Positions 50,494 to 59,997 of a stretch of DNA of 64,000 nucleotides are shown here, one piece after another (position 1 is the first letter of the stretch; every line of letters begins with the position of its first letter). The notes beneath the pieces are model-generated. The model did no database searches and was not told the DNA's origin. It saw only the letters and a program-made list of their open reading frames with translations. The translations under genes and the position numbers were made by a program. Source of the stretch: Chloroflexota bacterium (GTDB lineage Bacteria; Chloroflexota; Chloroflexia; Chloroheliales; Chloroheliaceae); the NCBI GenBank assembly GCA_028287745.1, contig JAQBPB010000014.1, forward strand, positions 39,176 to 103,175, given 5' to 3'.

Positions 50494-53454
50494 TTAAGAA
50501 GCGGCAGCCAGCTTTTTCTCGCGTTTAGGCGCTCTGACAGTTTCTTTTTTAACCGGTTTAATAGGTTCCTGGCCTTTTTTGGCCGCTTCTTTATTGAAGA
50601 TCTGTTTGAGATAATGGCCGGTATAAGAGCCGGGAACCTCGGCTACCTCCTCAGGGATGCCTTCAGCGACAATCATGCCGCCTTTGTTGCCGCCCTCCGG
50701 GCCAATATCCACAATCCAGTCGGCTACCTTGATGATATCCAGGTTATGTTCGATCACCAGCACGGTATTGCCGGTTTCGACCAACCGCTGCATGATATCA
50801 ATCAGTTTGGAAACGTCGTGGGTATGCAACCCGGTGCTGGGTTCGTCCAGCAGGTAGAGAGTCCGGCCGGTCGCCCGTTTGGAAAGTTCCGTGGCGAGCT
50901 TGACCCGCTGGGCTTCCCCACCGGAAAGGGTTGTTGCCGGTTGGCCCATCCGGATATAACCCAGGCCCACATCCACCAGCGTGTCGAGCTTGTTCTTGAT
51001 GGACGGGACATTGGCAAAAAACTCGCTGGCGACTTCAACTGTCATATCCAGGACATCTGAGATGCTCTTGCCCTTATAAAGAATTTCCAGGGCTTCGCGG
51101 TTGTAGCGCTTACCGTGGCAGACTTCGCAGGGTACATAGACATCCGGCAGGAACTGCATTTCGATTTTGATAATACCGTCACCCTGGCAGGCTTCGCAGC
51201 GCCCGCCCTTGACGTTGAAACTGAACCGGCCCGGTTCGTAACCGCGAGTACGCGCGTCCGGCACCTTCGAAAAGATGTCGCGGATTTGAGTAAAGACCCC
51301 GGTGTAGGTAGCCGGGTTCGAGCGTGGGGTCCGGCCAATCGGAGCCTGGTCAATTTCAATGATTTTATCAATATTCTCAATGCCAAGCAGCGTATCATGC
51401 TCGCCCGCTCGCTCTTTGGAACCGTACAGCACGTGGGCGAGCTTCCGGTACAGCGTATCGGTGATTAGAGTACTCTTCCCGCTACCGCTAACGCCGGTTA
51501 CCGCAATAAACTTGCCCAGCGGTACACTCAGGTCAACGTTTTTCAGGTTGTTCTCCCGCGCCCCTTTCAGAAGCAGGTGCTTGCCGTTACCTTTGCGGCG
51601 CTGGGTCGGGATACTGATTTCTCTGGTTCCACTCAGGTACTGGCCGGTAATCGAAGCGGGGTTCTGGGCGACTTCTTCCGGGGTGCCACGGGCGATGACC
51701 TCACCACCGTGTATCCCGGCTCCCGGTCCCATATCAATCAGGTAATCGGCCGAGCGAATCATTTCCTCGTCATGTTCGACCACAATCAGGGTATTGCCCA
51801 GGTTACGAAGTTTGAGCAGGGTGTTAATCAGGCGGGCATTATCGCGCTGGTGGAGGCCGATGCTGGGTTCATCCAGGATATACAACACGCCCATCAGGCT
51901 GCTGCCAATCTGGGTTGCGAGGCGAATGCGCTGGGCTTCACCACCGGCCAGGGTCGCGGCCGAGCGGTCAATCGTCAGGTAGTCCAGCCCTACATCCATC
52001 AAAAAGCCCAGGCGGCTGCGAATTTCTTTCAACACCTGGCGGGCAATCATGACTTCGCGCTCGTTGAGCTTGCCACTGCCGTTTTCCTGCTCGTCATTGA
52101 CCCACAGGCTGTTGAAAAACTCGATTGCCTCGCTAACCGAGCTGCGGACTACCTCCACAATTGATTTGTTGGCGATGGTGACGCTGATAGCTTCCTTTTT
52201 AAGGCGGCTGCCGTTACAGACCGGGCAGGTCTTGCCGATCATGTATTTTTCAATCTCGCTCTTCATATAGTCGCTGCTGGACTCTTTGTAGCGCTTCTTG
52301 AGTTCCGGGATGACACCTTCAAAAGTGGCCTCGGTAGAGGTGTTGCCACGCAGTTTGACCGTTACCAGGTCGCCGTTCAGGCCGTACAGCAGTACGCCCA
52401 GTTGCTCGCCCGTGAAGTCTTTCAGGGGCGTTGCCAGGTCAAAACTGTAGCGGGTACCAACCGCCGAAAGCAGGGCGCTCATATAGGTGCTGTTGTACTG
52501 GCCCAGGCGGTTCCAGGGTAAGACGGCTCCTTCGGCCACGGTCAGGCTGCGGTTAGGAATAACCAGGTCCGGGTCGAAGTCCAGGACCTGGCCCAGGCCG
52601 CTACATTCCGGGCAGGCGCCGTGCGGGGTATTGAACGAAAACGTGCGCGGCTCAATCTCGCCAACGCTGATGCCACAATACACACAGGCGTAATGTTCGG
52701 AAAAGCGCAGTTCTTCGCCATCCACCACCACAACCGTGACGATACCGGTACCCAGTTTAAGGGCGGTTTCAATACTATCGGTCAGGCGGTTTTTTTCGGG
52801 GTAGGTGCCGTCAGGCTCGCGCCGGATGATAATACGGTCCACCACCGCTTCTATGGTATGTTTCTTGTATTTCTCCAGCTCAAATTCTTCGTCCAGGTCG
52901 CGAACAACACCGTTGACCCGTACCCGCACGAAACCTTTCTTGCGCAGGTCTTCAAAAACGCCCTTGTGTTCGCCTTTGCGGTCCTTGATAATTGGGCCGA
53001 GAATCATCAGGCGGCTGCCTTCGGGCAGGTCGGCAACGGTATCGACAATTTGCTGGACCGTCTGGCGCGAAATCTCCCGGCCGCAATTAGGGCAGTGGGG
53101 ATGACCGATCCGGGCGAACAGCAGGCGCAGGTAATCGTAAATTTCGGTAATCGTGCCGACAGTCGAGCGTGGGTTGGTGCTGGTCCCTTTTTGATCAATC
53201 GAAATGGCCGGGGAAAGCCCTTCGATGTAGTCAACATCAGGTTTTTCCATCAAACCCAGGAACTGGCGGGCATAAGCCGAAAGCGACTCAACGTAACGCC
53301 GCTGGCCTTCCGCGTAAATCGTGTCAAAAGCCAGGCTGCTTTTTCCGCTGCCGGACAGACCGGTAATGACTACCAGCTTATCCCTGGGCATTTCGACATC
53401 AATATCTTTTAAATTATGCTCTTTCGCACCGCGCACAATAATCTTGTCGTGCAT
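50494..53454 (-). CDS. uvrA: Excinuclease ABC subunit A
   Basis: [28 protein letters not shown], two zinc fingers, [12 protein letters not shown] and [12 protein letters not shown]. Confidence 0.98.
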   Translation of the reverse strand: MHDKIIVRGAKEHNLKDIDVEMPRDKLVVITGLSGSGKSSLAFDTIYAEGQRRYVESLSAYARQFLGLMEKPDVDYIEGLSPAISIDQKGTSTNPRSTVGTITEIYDYLRLLFARIGHPHCPNCGREISRQTVQQIVDTVADLPEGSRLMILGPIIKDRKGEHKGVFEDLRKKGFVRVRVNGVVRDLDEEFELEKYKKHTIEAVVDRIIIRREPDGTYPEKNRLTDSIETALKLGTGIVTVVVVDGEELRFSEHYACVYCGISVGEIEPRTFSFNTPHGACPECSGLGQVLDFDPDLVIPNRSLTVAEGAVLPWNRLGQYNSTYMSALLSAVGTRYSFDLATPLKDFTGEQLGVLLYGLNGDLVTVKLRGNTSTEATFEGVIPELKKRYKESSSDYMKSEIEKYMIGKTCPVCNGSRLKKEAISVTIANKSIVEVVRSSVSEAIEFFNSLWVNDEQENGSGKLNEREVMIARQVLKEIRSRLGFLMDVGLDYLTIDRSAATLAGGEAQRIRLATQIGSSLMGVLYILDEPSIGLHQRDNARLINTLLKLRNLGNTLIVVEHDEEMIRSADYLIDMGPGAGIHGGEVIARGTPEEVAQNPASITGQYLSGTREISIPTQRRKGNGKHLLLKGARENNLKNVDLSVPLGKFIAVTGVSGSGKSTLITDTLYRKLAHVLYGSKERAGEHDTLLGIENIDKIIEIDQAPIGRTPRSNPATYTGVFTQIRDIFSKVPDARTRGYEPGRFSFNVKGGRCEACQGDGIIKIEMQFLPDVYVPCEVCHGKRYNREALEILYKGKSISDVLDMTVEVASEFFANVPSIKNKLDTLVDVGLGYIRMGQPATTLSGGEAQRVKLATELSKRATGRTLYLLDEPSTGLHTHDVSKLIDIMQRLVETGNTVLVIEHNLDIIKVADWIVDIGPEGGNKGGMIVAEGIPEEVAEVPGSYTGHYLKQIFNKEAAKKGQEPIKPVKKETVRAPKREKKLAAAS

Positions 53455-53819
53455 CCAAAACTTCCTCTTACACTATTATAAGTCCGGCCTGTCGTTTACC
53501 GCCGCTGACCGGAGTACGGCCCGCGCAAGATGCTAATGTAACTTCCAGAAAAGAAGAATATTTAGCGATTTACTCGCCAGCTTCTAATGGTTGTTACTTC
53601 AGCCATCCCAGGGCAGGTTCAACGTTACCGTGTAACGTTTTACGCTTCCACTTCCAGGCAAAAGCGAAAGTCATAAATAAAAATAACTCTTTCAAAAGAG
53701 CGAAAAAGCTATTCGGCATTGCTATAACTTATGTCGTTGGGCAAATACTGTGACTATATAATAGCACAAAATTGCTAAATTCACCAGTATTTTATATTTA
53801 TAAATAGACAGGATTGTTT

Positions 53820-54443
53820 CTATAAAGACCCGCCATCCTGGCTGCTGCCATCCAGCGCTTCATCATTTTCTTCATCCTGTCCACCCTGGTCAGCGGCTTC
53901 TTCCGGCGGCGGTGCGGTCTTGAGAGTAATATGAGTATTGGTGAAAATACACATCTCACCCGCAATCTGGATACCGTTCCGGGCGATTTCAGCGGCGGAA
54001 AGATTGGTATTGCGGAGGAGGGCTTTCGCGGCGGCCAGGGCATAGGTGCTGCCGCTGCCGATAGCGGCTATTTTATCATCCGGTTCTACTACATCACCTT
54101 CACCGGACAGGATTAAAACCTGGTCTTTATCGGCGATAAGCAGTTGGGCTTCCAGGCGGCGGAGCACCCGGTCGCTGCGCCATTCTTTAGCCAGTTCGAC
54201 GGCGGCTTTGCGCAGGTTACCGTGATATTGATCCAGCTGGCCTTCAAACTTTTCGAACAGGGTCAGGGCGTCGGCAACGGCTCCGGCGAACCCGGCCAGC
54301 ACGTGGCCGTCATACAGGGTGCGGATTTTCCGGGCGGTACTCTTCATTATAGTTTCGCCGAAAGTTACCTGCCCATCACCGGCCATGGCAACCTGTCCGT
54401 CCCGGACAACAGCAATAATGGTAGTGGCATGTGGTCTTTGCGT
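53820..54443 (-). CDS. hslV: HslV (ClpQ) threonine protease subunit; true start is upstream of the listed ATG
   Basis: The frame extends upstream of 54386 to [25 protein letters not shown]. Also [22 protein letters not shown] and CIFTN. Confidence 0.93.
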   Translation of the reverse strand, partial: TQRPHATTIIAVVRDGQVAMAGDGQVTFGETIMKSTARKIRTLYDGHVLAGFAGAVADALTLFEKFEGQLDQYHGNLRKAAVELAKEWRSDRVLRRLEAQLLIADKDQVLILSGEGDVVEPDDKIAAIGSGSTYALAAAKALLRNTNLSAAEIARNGIQIAGEMCIFTNTHITLKTAPPPEEAADQGGQDEENDEALDGSSQDGGSL

Positions 54444-54632
54444 AAGGTACCTCCTGGAGTAAATGGACAGTTGGGATGAGAGATTTCATCCACAAATAAG
54501 TAGTTTACACCCTGGCCTACCCAAAAGCAAGTTTGCAGAGTACCCGTCTGATGGTATAATAATTGCATCTTAAAACCAGGAATTTTAGTGTAAACCAGTT
54601 AAATCCAGCGGTGATAGCAGGGACGGCCGATT

Positions 54633-55460
54633 GTGAGTGCAATAGATAAATTTGAGGGAATGGTCGAGGGAGTGGTAGAAGGCTCCATGAGTCGCCTATT
54701 CCGCAGCAAAATAAGCATGGCCGAAATCCAGAAGCGTTTGGAACGAGCTATGGAAGAGCGGCGCGAGGTGGCCGTAGGCAAAGCCTATGTGCCAAACCGC
54801 TACGAGGTATTCTTGCACCCGGCCGATTACCAGCATTTAACTGCCGAAGTTTTACCCAAAATTCAGGCCGAACAAACCCTGACCGAATATATCTTTAACT
54901 ACGCCCACGCCCGTAGCTTTATTTTCGGGGGTGGGAGGCCGCTGGTCTGGCTGAATCCGAACGAATCGGTCAGGCGGCGCAGCCTTATGATTAAAGCTTA
55001 TACGGTCGATCCGAACCAGGCCCGGGTAACCCAGGTCCCGGTGCCAAGCCTGGCCCCGGACCTGAATGCTTCGTCCGAAATACTTAACGGCGGTACAGCG
55101 GTAATGAATATCGGTGCATTACCACTAAATGGCGAACACCGGCCGGTCGGGGCGGTGGCCCGGCCAGAGGCCACCCTGGTGACTTTGGAGTATCCCAACA
55201 ATCATCCGTCAAAGTACATCCGCTTCAACAAAGATGTTACAATCGGGCGCGGCCTGGATAACGATGTTATTTATTCGGATGAAACACGGGTCTCCCGGCA
55301 ACATGCTCGCATCGAGTTTAAATACGGCCAGTTTTTGCTTTTTGACCTTAATAGTACCAACGGTACTCTGGTGAACGGTCGTCCGGTGACGCAAATCGTC
55401 CTGACTCCGGGGGACCGGATATCTCTGGGAGGCTTCGAGGTATTATTCCAGGTCGGTTAG
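54633..55460 (+). CDS. DUF3662 + FHA domain protein (FhaA-like)
   Basis: IQKRLERAME...YVPNRYEVFLHPADY and FHA motifs IGRGLDND, VSRQHA and DLNSTNGT. Confidence 0.9.
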   Translation: MSAIDKFEGMVEGVVEGSMSRLFRSKISMAEIQKRLERAMEERREVAVGKAYVPNRYEVFLHPADYQHLTAEVLPKIQAEQTLTEYIFNYAHARSFIFGGGRPLVWLNPNESVRRRSLMIKAYTVDPNQARVTQVPVPSLAPDLNASSEILNGGTAVMNIGALPLNGEHRPVGAVARPEATLVTLEYPNNHPSKYIRFNKDVTIGRGLDNDVIYSDETRVSRQHARIEFKYGQFLLFDLNSTNGTLVNGRPVTQIVLTPGDRISLGGFEVLFQVG

Positions 55461-55503
55461 TTTGCCGCCTGGGGCCATAAGCAGACAACTTCATGAGGAA
55501 ACA

Positions 55504-56013
55504 TTGACAGATACGATAGGATTCGACCTTTTTATTCTGGTGTTAAGAATTGCTTTTATTTTTCTTCTCTACTTTTTTATCTTTTTAGTGGTCCGCACTA
55601 TAACTAGAGAATTGAACCGGCCCACCCGGCGGCCGAATTACGTTCAACAAGCCTACCCGCCGGAAAGTTTTGTCGCGCCTGCGGCTGCACCCGGTGTCCC
55701 GGCAGGCAGCCCGACCGGCCGGTTGGTGGTGACCGAGGTCGGAAATGCCACTTCGGTCCGGCCAGGTGAAATCTTTCAACTGGGGCCGATTATGCCGATT
55801 GGCCGCCTGCCCGGTAACGCTTTAATCCTGGATGATGACTATGTTTCGAGCGAACACGCTCTTCTGGCCTGGCGAGAGGGCCGCTGGTGGTTGAGTGATG
55901 TCGCCAGCACAAATGGTACTTTTCTAAATGGACAACCGGTCACCCGGCCGGTCCAGGTAAACTGGGGAGATTTGCTCGGTATCGGTGGAGTGCGTTTAAG
56001 GCTGGAGCCCTAA
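55504..56013 (+). CDS. Membrane-anchored FHA domain protein (FhaB-like)
   Basis: N-terminal TM (LVLRIAFIFLLYFF), IGRLPGN, VSSEHA and DVASTNGT. Start is uncertain (TTG 55462 or 55504). Confidence 0.88.
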   Translation: MTDTIGFDLFILVLRIAFIFLLYFFIFLVVRTITRELNRPTRRPNYVQQAYPPESFVAPAAAPGVPAGSPTGRLVVTEVGNATSVRPGEIFQLGPIMPIGRLPGNALILDDDYVSSEHALLAWREGRWWLSDVASTNGTFLNGQPVTRPVQVNWGDLLGIGGVRLRLEP

Positions 56014-56210
56014 CCGGTTGCTTTAGGCCTTAAATGTAAGAGCGCCTTCTCAAAAGAAACGGTATACAGAGCAGTAAATACCAATTTCGACAAACATTGT
56101 GACAAAATGGCTTAATGACCGTTATATAAATATCGTTGTTGTTTTATCCGTTTTAGATTAGCTGTAATTCATTAAGTTTTGGTTTAAAAATATAAAAAGG
56201 TATCGCATTA

Positions 56211-58199
56211 ATGGAAAATCAATTACCCGGCGGTCCGGGACAACCCACTACTTCGTTCAGAGCTGGCCCACGGGTCTCACGCGGCCGGACGGCCCCGACC
56301 CGCACCAGGCGACCGCGTTGGCCGGTCATTATCGGCCTGGCCTTTCTCAGTTTACTTGTAGTAACGGTTCTCGGTTTCTTCGCAGTTAATGCCACTTTAG
56401 ACAGCCAGTACACCAATAAAATTGAACCCGGCGTCAGCGTAAGTGGCCTATATATCGGCGAAATGAGCCGGGATGAAGCAAAAACTAAAATTCTTAAATC
56501 CCTGGAAGGCTACACCCAGAAACCGGTGGTCCTGTCCTTTCAGGATAAGACCTGGAACCCTACCCTTGAGCAGTTGGGCGTAACCATTAACATGGATGAT
56601 ACGCTGGGTAAAGCGGCCGATTTTAATAAGGCCGGGTTCAGAGTCTTTAAGATGTTAAACCCACAGGGCACAAACCTGCCCATCGAAATTATGATGGATG
56701 AAGCCAAATTAAACGGCTATCTTTCCGATATTTCCGACCGCATCCGGCTGGACGCGATAGAGCCGACCGTAAAACTTGACCCGGAAGGCAAGCTGGTTAC
56801 TACCGAAGGCAAAATTGGCTTTAATGTCGATTACGATTCAACCTTAAATGCCCTCAAAAAGACCCTGGGTTCGCTTACTCCTACCGAGGAGAATTTACTG
56901 AAAGTCCACGATGTCGCGCCGGTGATCACGCAGGACGAAGTGGAGAGTTTCAAGAAAGCCCTCCAGCCTTACCTGAGCGGCCCGGTAACGGTCAGCTATG
57001 GCGGCAAAACCTGGACCTTTGACCAGAAGACTATTGCCGCGCAGTTAAAACTTAATATAAACCCGGACAAAAAGGAACCCAAACACCTGGGCTATACTTT
57101 TGATACCACTTACTTTGAAAAGTACCTGACCGACCTGGGAAAAACTATTAACCAGGCCGCTCGTGAAGGCGTGGTCGGCTGGGTCAACGGCAAGGTCGGT
57201 TTCGTCAAGCCCAGCCAGGACGGCCAGTTCCTTTCGGTGCCGCGCACCATGGATAACCTTAACCAGGCTTTCTTGGGGACCGACCCCGAAAAGCGAAATA
57301 CTGCCCTGTGGGTGGATATTAAAGAACCGGCCCTTTCTTCCAAATACCCCGAGCGCCTGGGTAAATTTGAAGTTATCGCTGAAGGGGTTTCCCAGTTTGC
57401 CGGTTCCGCGCCTGAAAGAGCCACCAACATTAAAGTCGGGGCCCAACATCTGAGCGGGGCTATTATTAAACCCCGCACCGTTTTCTCGTTCCTGGACACT
57501 ATCGGCGATATCAATGAAGCCGCCGGGTATGTCACCGGCTTCTCGATTGTAGCCGACCAGACTGTGCCGGATGTGGGCGGTGGGATTTGCCAGGTTGCTA
57601 CCACAGTCTTCCGGGCGGCTTTCAATGCCGGTCTGCCGATTCTCGAGCGCAACCCGCACGCCTACCGGGTGGGCTGGTACGAGGAATTAGGCGAGCCGGT
57701 CGGTTTTGACGCGGCGGTCTACCAGCCGGGAGTGGACTTTAAGTTTGAGAATAATTCCGATTATTATATGGCCGTAACCGCTACGGTTGAAGGTGGTAAA
57801 CTCTATGTCCGGCTGCTGGGCAATAAAATCCCCGGCCAGACCGTAAAGCTTATTTCCAACGGTGTTTCAAATATTAAAGACGCGCCCCCGGACCGTACCG
57901 AGGTTGACCCCAAACTGAAACCGGGCGAGAAGAAGCAGTACGACACTGCTCGCAAGGGTCTAACCACCAGTATTACGCGGGTGATTTTGATAGATGGCAA
58001 AGAGGTAAAGCGCACAACTTTTGCTTCGGTTTATCAGCCCTGGCCCAATATCTATAAGGTTGGCCCCACTCCTAAACCGGCCCCGACGCCTACTCCGGCG
58101 CCGGATAGCGCTAAACCGGCTGCCTCGCCCGCTCCCGCGGACAACGCTAAACCGGCCGCCACGCCGACACCAGCTCCAAAAACAACTCCCAAAGCGTAA
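56211..58199 (+). CDS. VanW-family protein with PG-binding and G5-like domains
   Basis: N-terminal TM, RATNIKVGA, GGGICQVATTVFRAA, ERNPHAY, DFKFEN and a Pro/Thr/Ala tail. Confidence 0.9.
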   Translation: MENQLPGGPGQPTTSFRAGPRVSRGRTAPTRTRRPRWPVIIGLAFLSLLVVTVLGFFAVNATLDSQYTNKIEPGVSVSGLYIGEMSRDEAKTKILKSLEGYTQKPVVLSFQDKTWNPTLEQLGVTINMDDTLGKAADFNKAGFRVFKMLNPQGTNLPIEIMMDEAKLNGYLSDISDRIRLDAIEPTVKLDPEGKLVTTEGKIGFNVDYDSTLNALKKTLGSLTPTEENLLKVHDVAPVITQDEVESFKKALQPYLSGPVTVSYGGKTWTFDQKTIAAQLKLNINPDKKEPKHLGYTFDTTYFEKYLTDLGKTINQAAREGVVGWVNGKVGFVKPSQDGQFLSVPRTMDNLNQAFLGTDPEKRNTALWVDIKEPALSSKYPERLGKFEVIAEGVSQFAGSAPERATNIKVGAQHLSGAIIKPRTVFSFLDTIGDINEAAGYVTGFSIVADQTVPDVGGGICQVATTVFRAAFNAGLPILERNPHAYRVGWYEELGEPVGFDAAVYQPGVDFKFENNSDYYMAVTATVEGGKLYVRLLGNKIPGQTVKLISNGVSNIKDAPPDRTEVDPKLKPGEKKQYDTARKGLTTSITRVILIDGKEVKRTTFASVYQPWPNIYKVGPTPKPAPTPTPAPDSAKPAASPAPADNAKPAATPTPAPKTTPKA

Positions 58200-58218
58200 G
58201 GGATAGTTATTTAAACCG

Positions 58219-58256
58219 GAAGGGCCAGTTACAAAGTAGCTGGTCCTTCTATTATT
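58219..58256 (+). terminator. Intrinsic terminator
   Basis: GAAGGGCCAGTTAC / GTAGCTGGTCCTTC stem followed by a T-rich tail. Confidence 0.75.
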
Positions 58257-58310
58257 TTGATTTGTACAATAATAAATAATACAAGAATAAATAAATAATA
58301 CAGGGGAAAA

Positions 58311-59534
58311 ATGGGAACCTCTCTAACTGCTTCAATAAAAACTCCTTATGGGCCGCTTATGCGGCTTCAAGTTGGCCTGGGCTTTCTGGCGTTTATTATG
58401 ATTGGGATGAGCGACGGCATGTTGGGTGTGCTATTGCCCAGTATCCGGGGCTATTACCAGGTTGACAAGGCTACGGTTAGCCTGATATTTCTTGCCAGCA
58501 CTTTTGGCTACCTGACTTCGGCTTTTGCCAGCGGGTTGCTGGTGGCTTCTATAGGTATCCGGCGCTTGCTCCTGCTGGGGGTCGGGGTTTACGTGTTCGG
58601 GGTCTGCCTGATAACCTTGCAGGTGCCTTTCCTGGTGCTGCCGCTTTGTTTATATTGCCTGGGTTTTGGCGTTGGCATTGTGGATGCCGGTTTGAATTCC
58701 TACTTCGTAGGTTTTCCCCGCAGCACCCTGCTCTTGAATTTTCTGCACGCTTTTTACGGTGTCGGCGCGCTTATCGGGCCCTTAATTGCTTCCGGTTTGC
58801 TGGAATTAAAATTCTTCTGGACGACCAGTTATTTTATCCTGATTGCAATCGGGGTCTTAGTATTGACTGGGATTACGCTGTTTTACGGCGCAACCAACCT
58901 GCACGTTTCCGATAGGGCCAGTAGCGATGATAGCAAGGAAAATGTCCTGTTTAGCGCCCTGCGCTTGCGGGTCGTCTGGCTGACCGCAGCCTTTTTGCTG
59001 TTCTATGTGGGCGCGGAAGTAAGTATGGGTACCTGGAGCTACAGCTTCCTGACCGAAGAGCGCCACGAAGCCGCCCTGCTATCCGGTTGGGCCGTCAGCG
59101 GCTTCTGGTTGGGCCTTACGATTGGCCGGTTAACGCTGGGACACGTAGGCGAGCGCTTTGGCAACAAACGCCTGATTCAAGGCTGCCTGACCGGCGTAGT
59201 GGTGGGAGTTTTGCTGGTCTGGCTGGTGCCTTTTGGCCCGGTGACAGCTTTAGGGCTGTGGATTACCGGCTTCAGCCTGGGACCAATTTTTCCGACCACG
59301 ATTGCCCTGATTTCTAACATGGTGCCTCACCGCCTGGTGCCAACCGCCATTGGCTTCGCGGCCAGCCTGGGTAGCATGGGCGCGGCCTTATTCCCCTGGC
59401 TGGCCGGTAACCTGGCCGAAAGTTTTGGCCTGTGGACTTTATTGCCTTTTATGGTGGTCCTGACAGTATTCATGCTAATGGTCTGGTTCTTTTTACAGGG
59501 CCGCCCAAAAATTGCGCCGCCCGTGGAAGGTTAA
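58311..59534 (+). CDS. MFS transporter
   Basis: 12 TM segments; GIVDAGLN, NFLHAFYGVGALIGP, YVGAEVSMGTW and GPIFPT. Confidence 0.92.
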   Translation: MGTSLTASIKTPYGPLMRLQVGLGFLAFIMIGMSDGMLGVLLPSIRGYYQVDKATVSLIFLASTFGYLTSAFASGLLVASIGIRRLLLLGVGVYVFGVCLITLQVPFLVLPLCLYCLGFGVGIVDAGLNSYFVGFPRSTLLLNFLHAFYGVGALIGPLIASGLLELKFFWTTSYFILIAIGVLVLTGITLFYGATNLHVSDRASSDDSKENVLFSALRLRVVWLTAAFLLFYVGAEVSMGTWSYSFLTEERHEAALLSGWAVSGFWLGLTIGRLTLGHVGERFGNKRLIQGCLTGVVVGVLLVWLVPFGPVTALGLWITGFSLGPIFPTTIALISNMVPHRLVPTAIGFAASLGSMGAALFPWLAGNLAESFGLWTLLPFMVVLTVFMLMVWFFLQGRPKIAPPVEG

Positions 59535-59997
59535 TAAAGCCAAAACGGTGTTGGAAAAGCATAAAACCGGAAATTACATATTAGAATTTTAATATAAAGG
59601 CGAAAAATCATCCTGTAGGGTGATGTTTTATAAAAAAGGGGGGATATAATTAGCATTAGTGGGATAATCCAATCCGTCTCACTATTTTTGAAAACCAGGT
59701 TAAAGGGGCATAGGTCCTTCCTTACCGGGTAACCGGAAATGGATTATTAATTACTTCCGTCTCTCTTAACCAGGTTACCTCAAATAAATTTATCCACTTC
59801 ACTCAATATCACAAACAAAGCGGCTGGCCTAACCCACTAGCCGCTTATTTTTTATATTTATCTTGATTATCAACTCCTCATAAAGTAAAATAGGCAGGAA
59901 AATAACCGGACAAATTTTCGGCTAATTTTATTTCAAGATTATTTGCCAGCGCCAGCCAGATTGTCTGGCGAACTATTAGAGCCGGTTGGGAGAAAAA

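Noticed and set aside
53455-53819. LexA box upstream of uvrA
   Set aside because: No GAAC-N4-GTTC-like site with correct spacing was found by eye.
54365-54568. 67-aa ORF as the hslV N-terminus via frameshift
   Set aside because: Its ATG at 54431 is out of frame with the TT active-site residues. The in-frame SD plus ACG is a simpler explanation.
59649-59675. CIRCE element upstream of lon
   Set aside because: Only a partial left arm (TTAGCATT) is present, with no matching right arm at N9.
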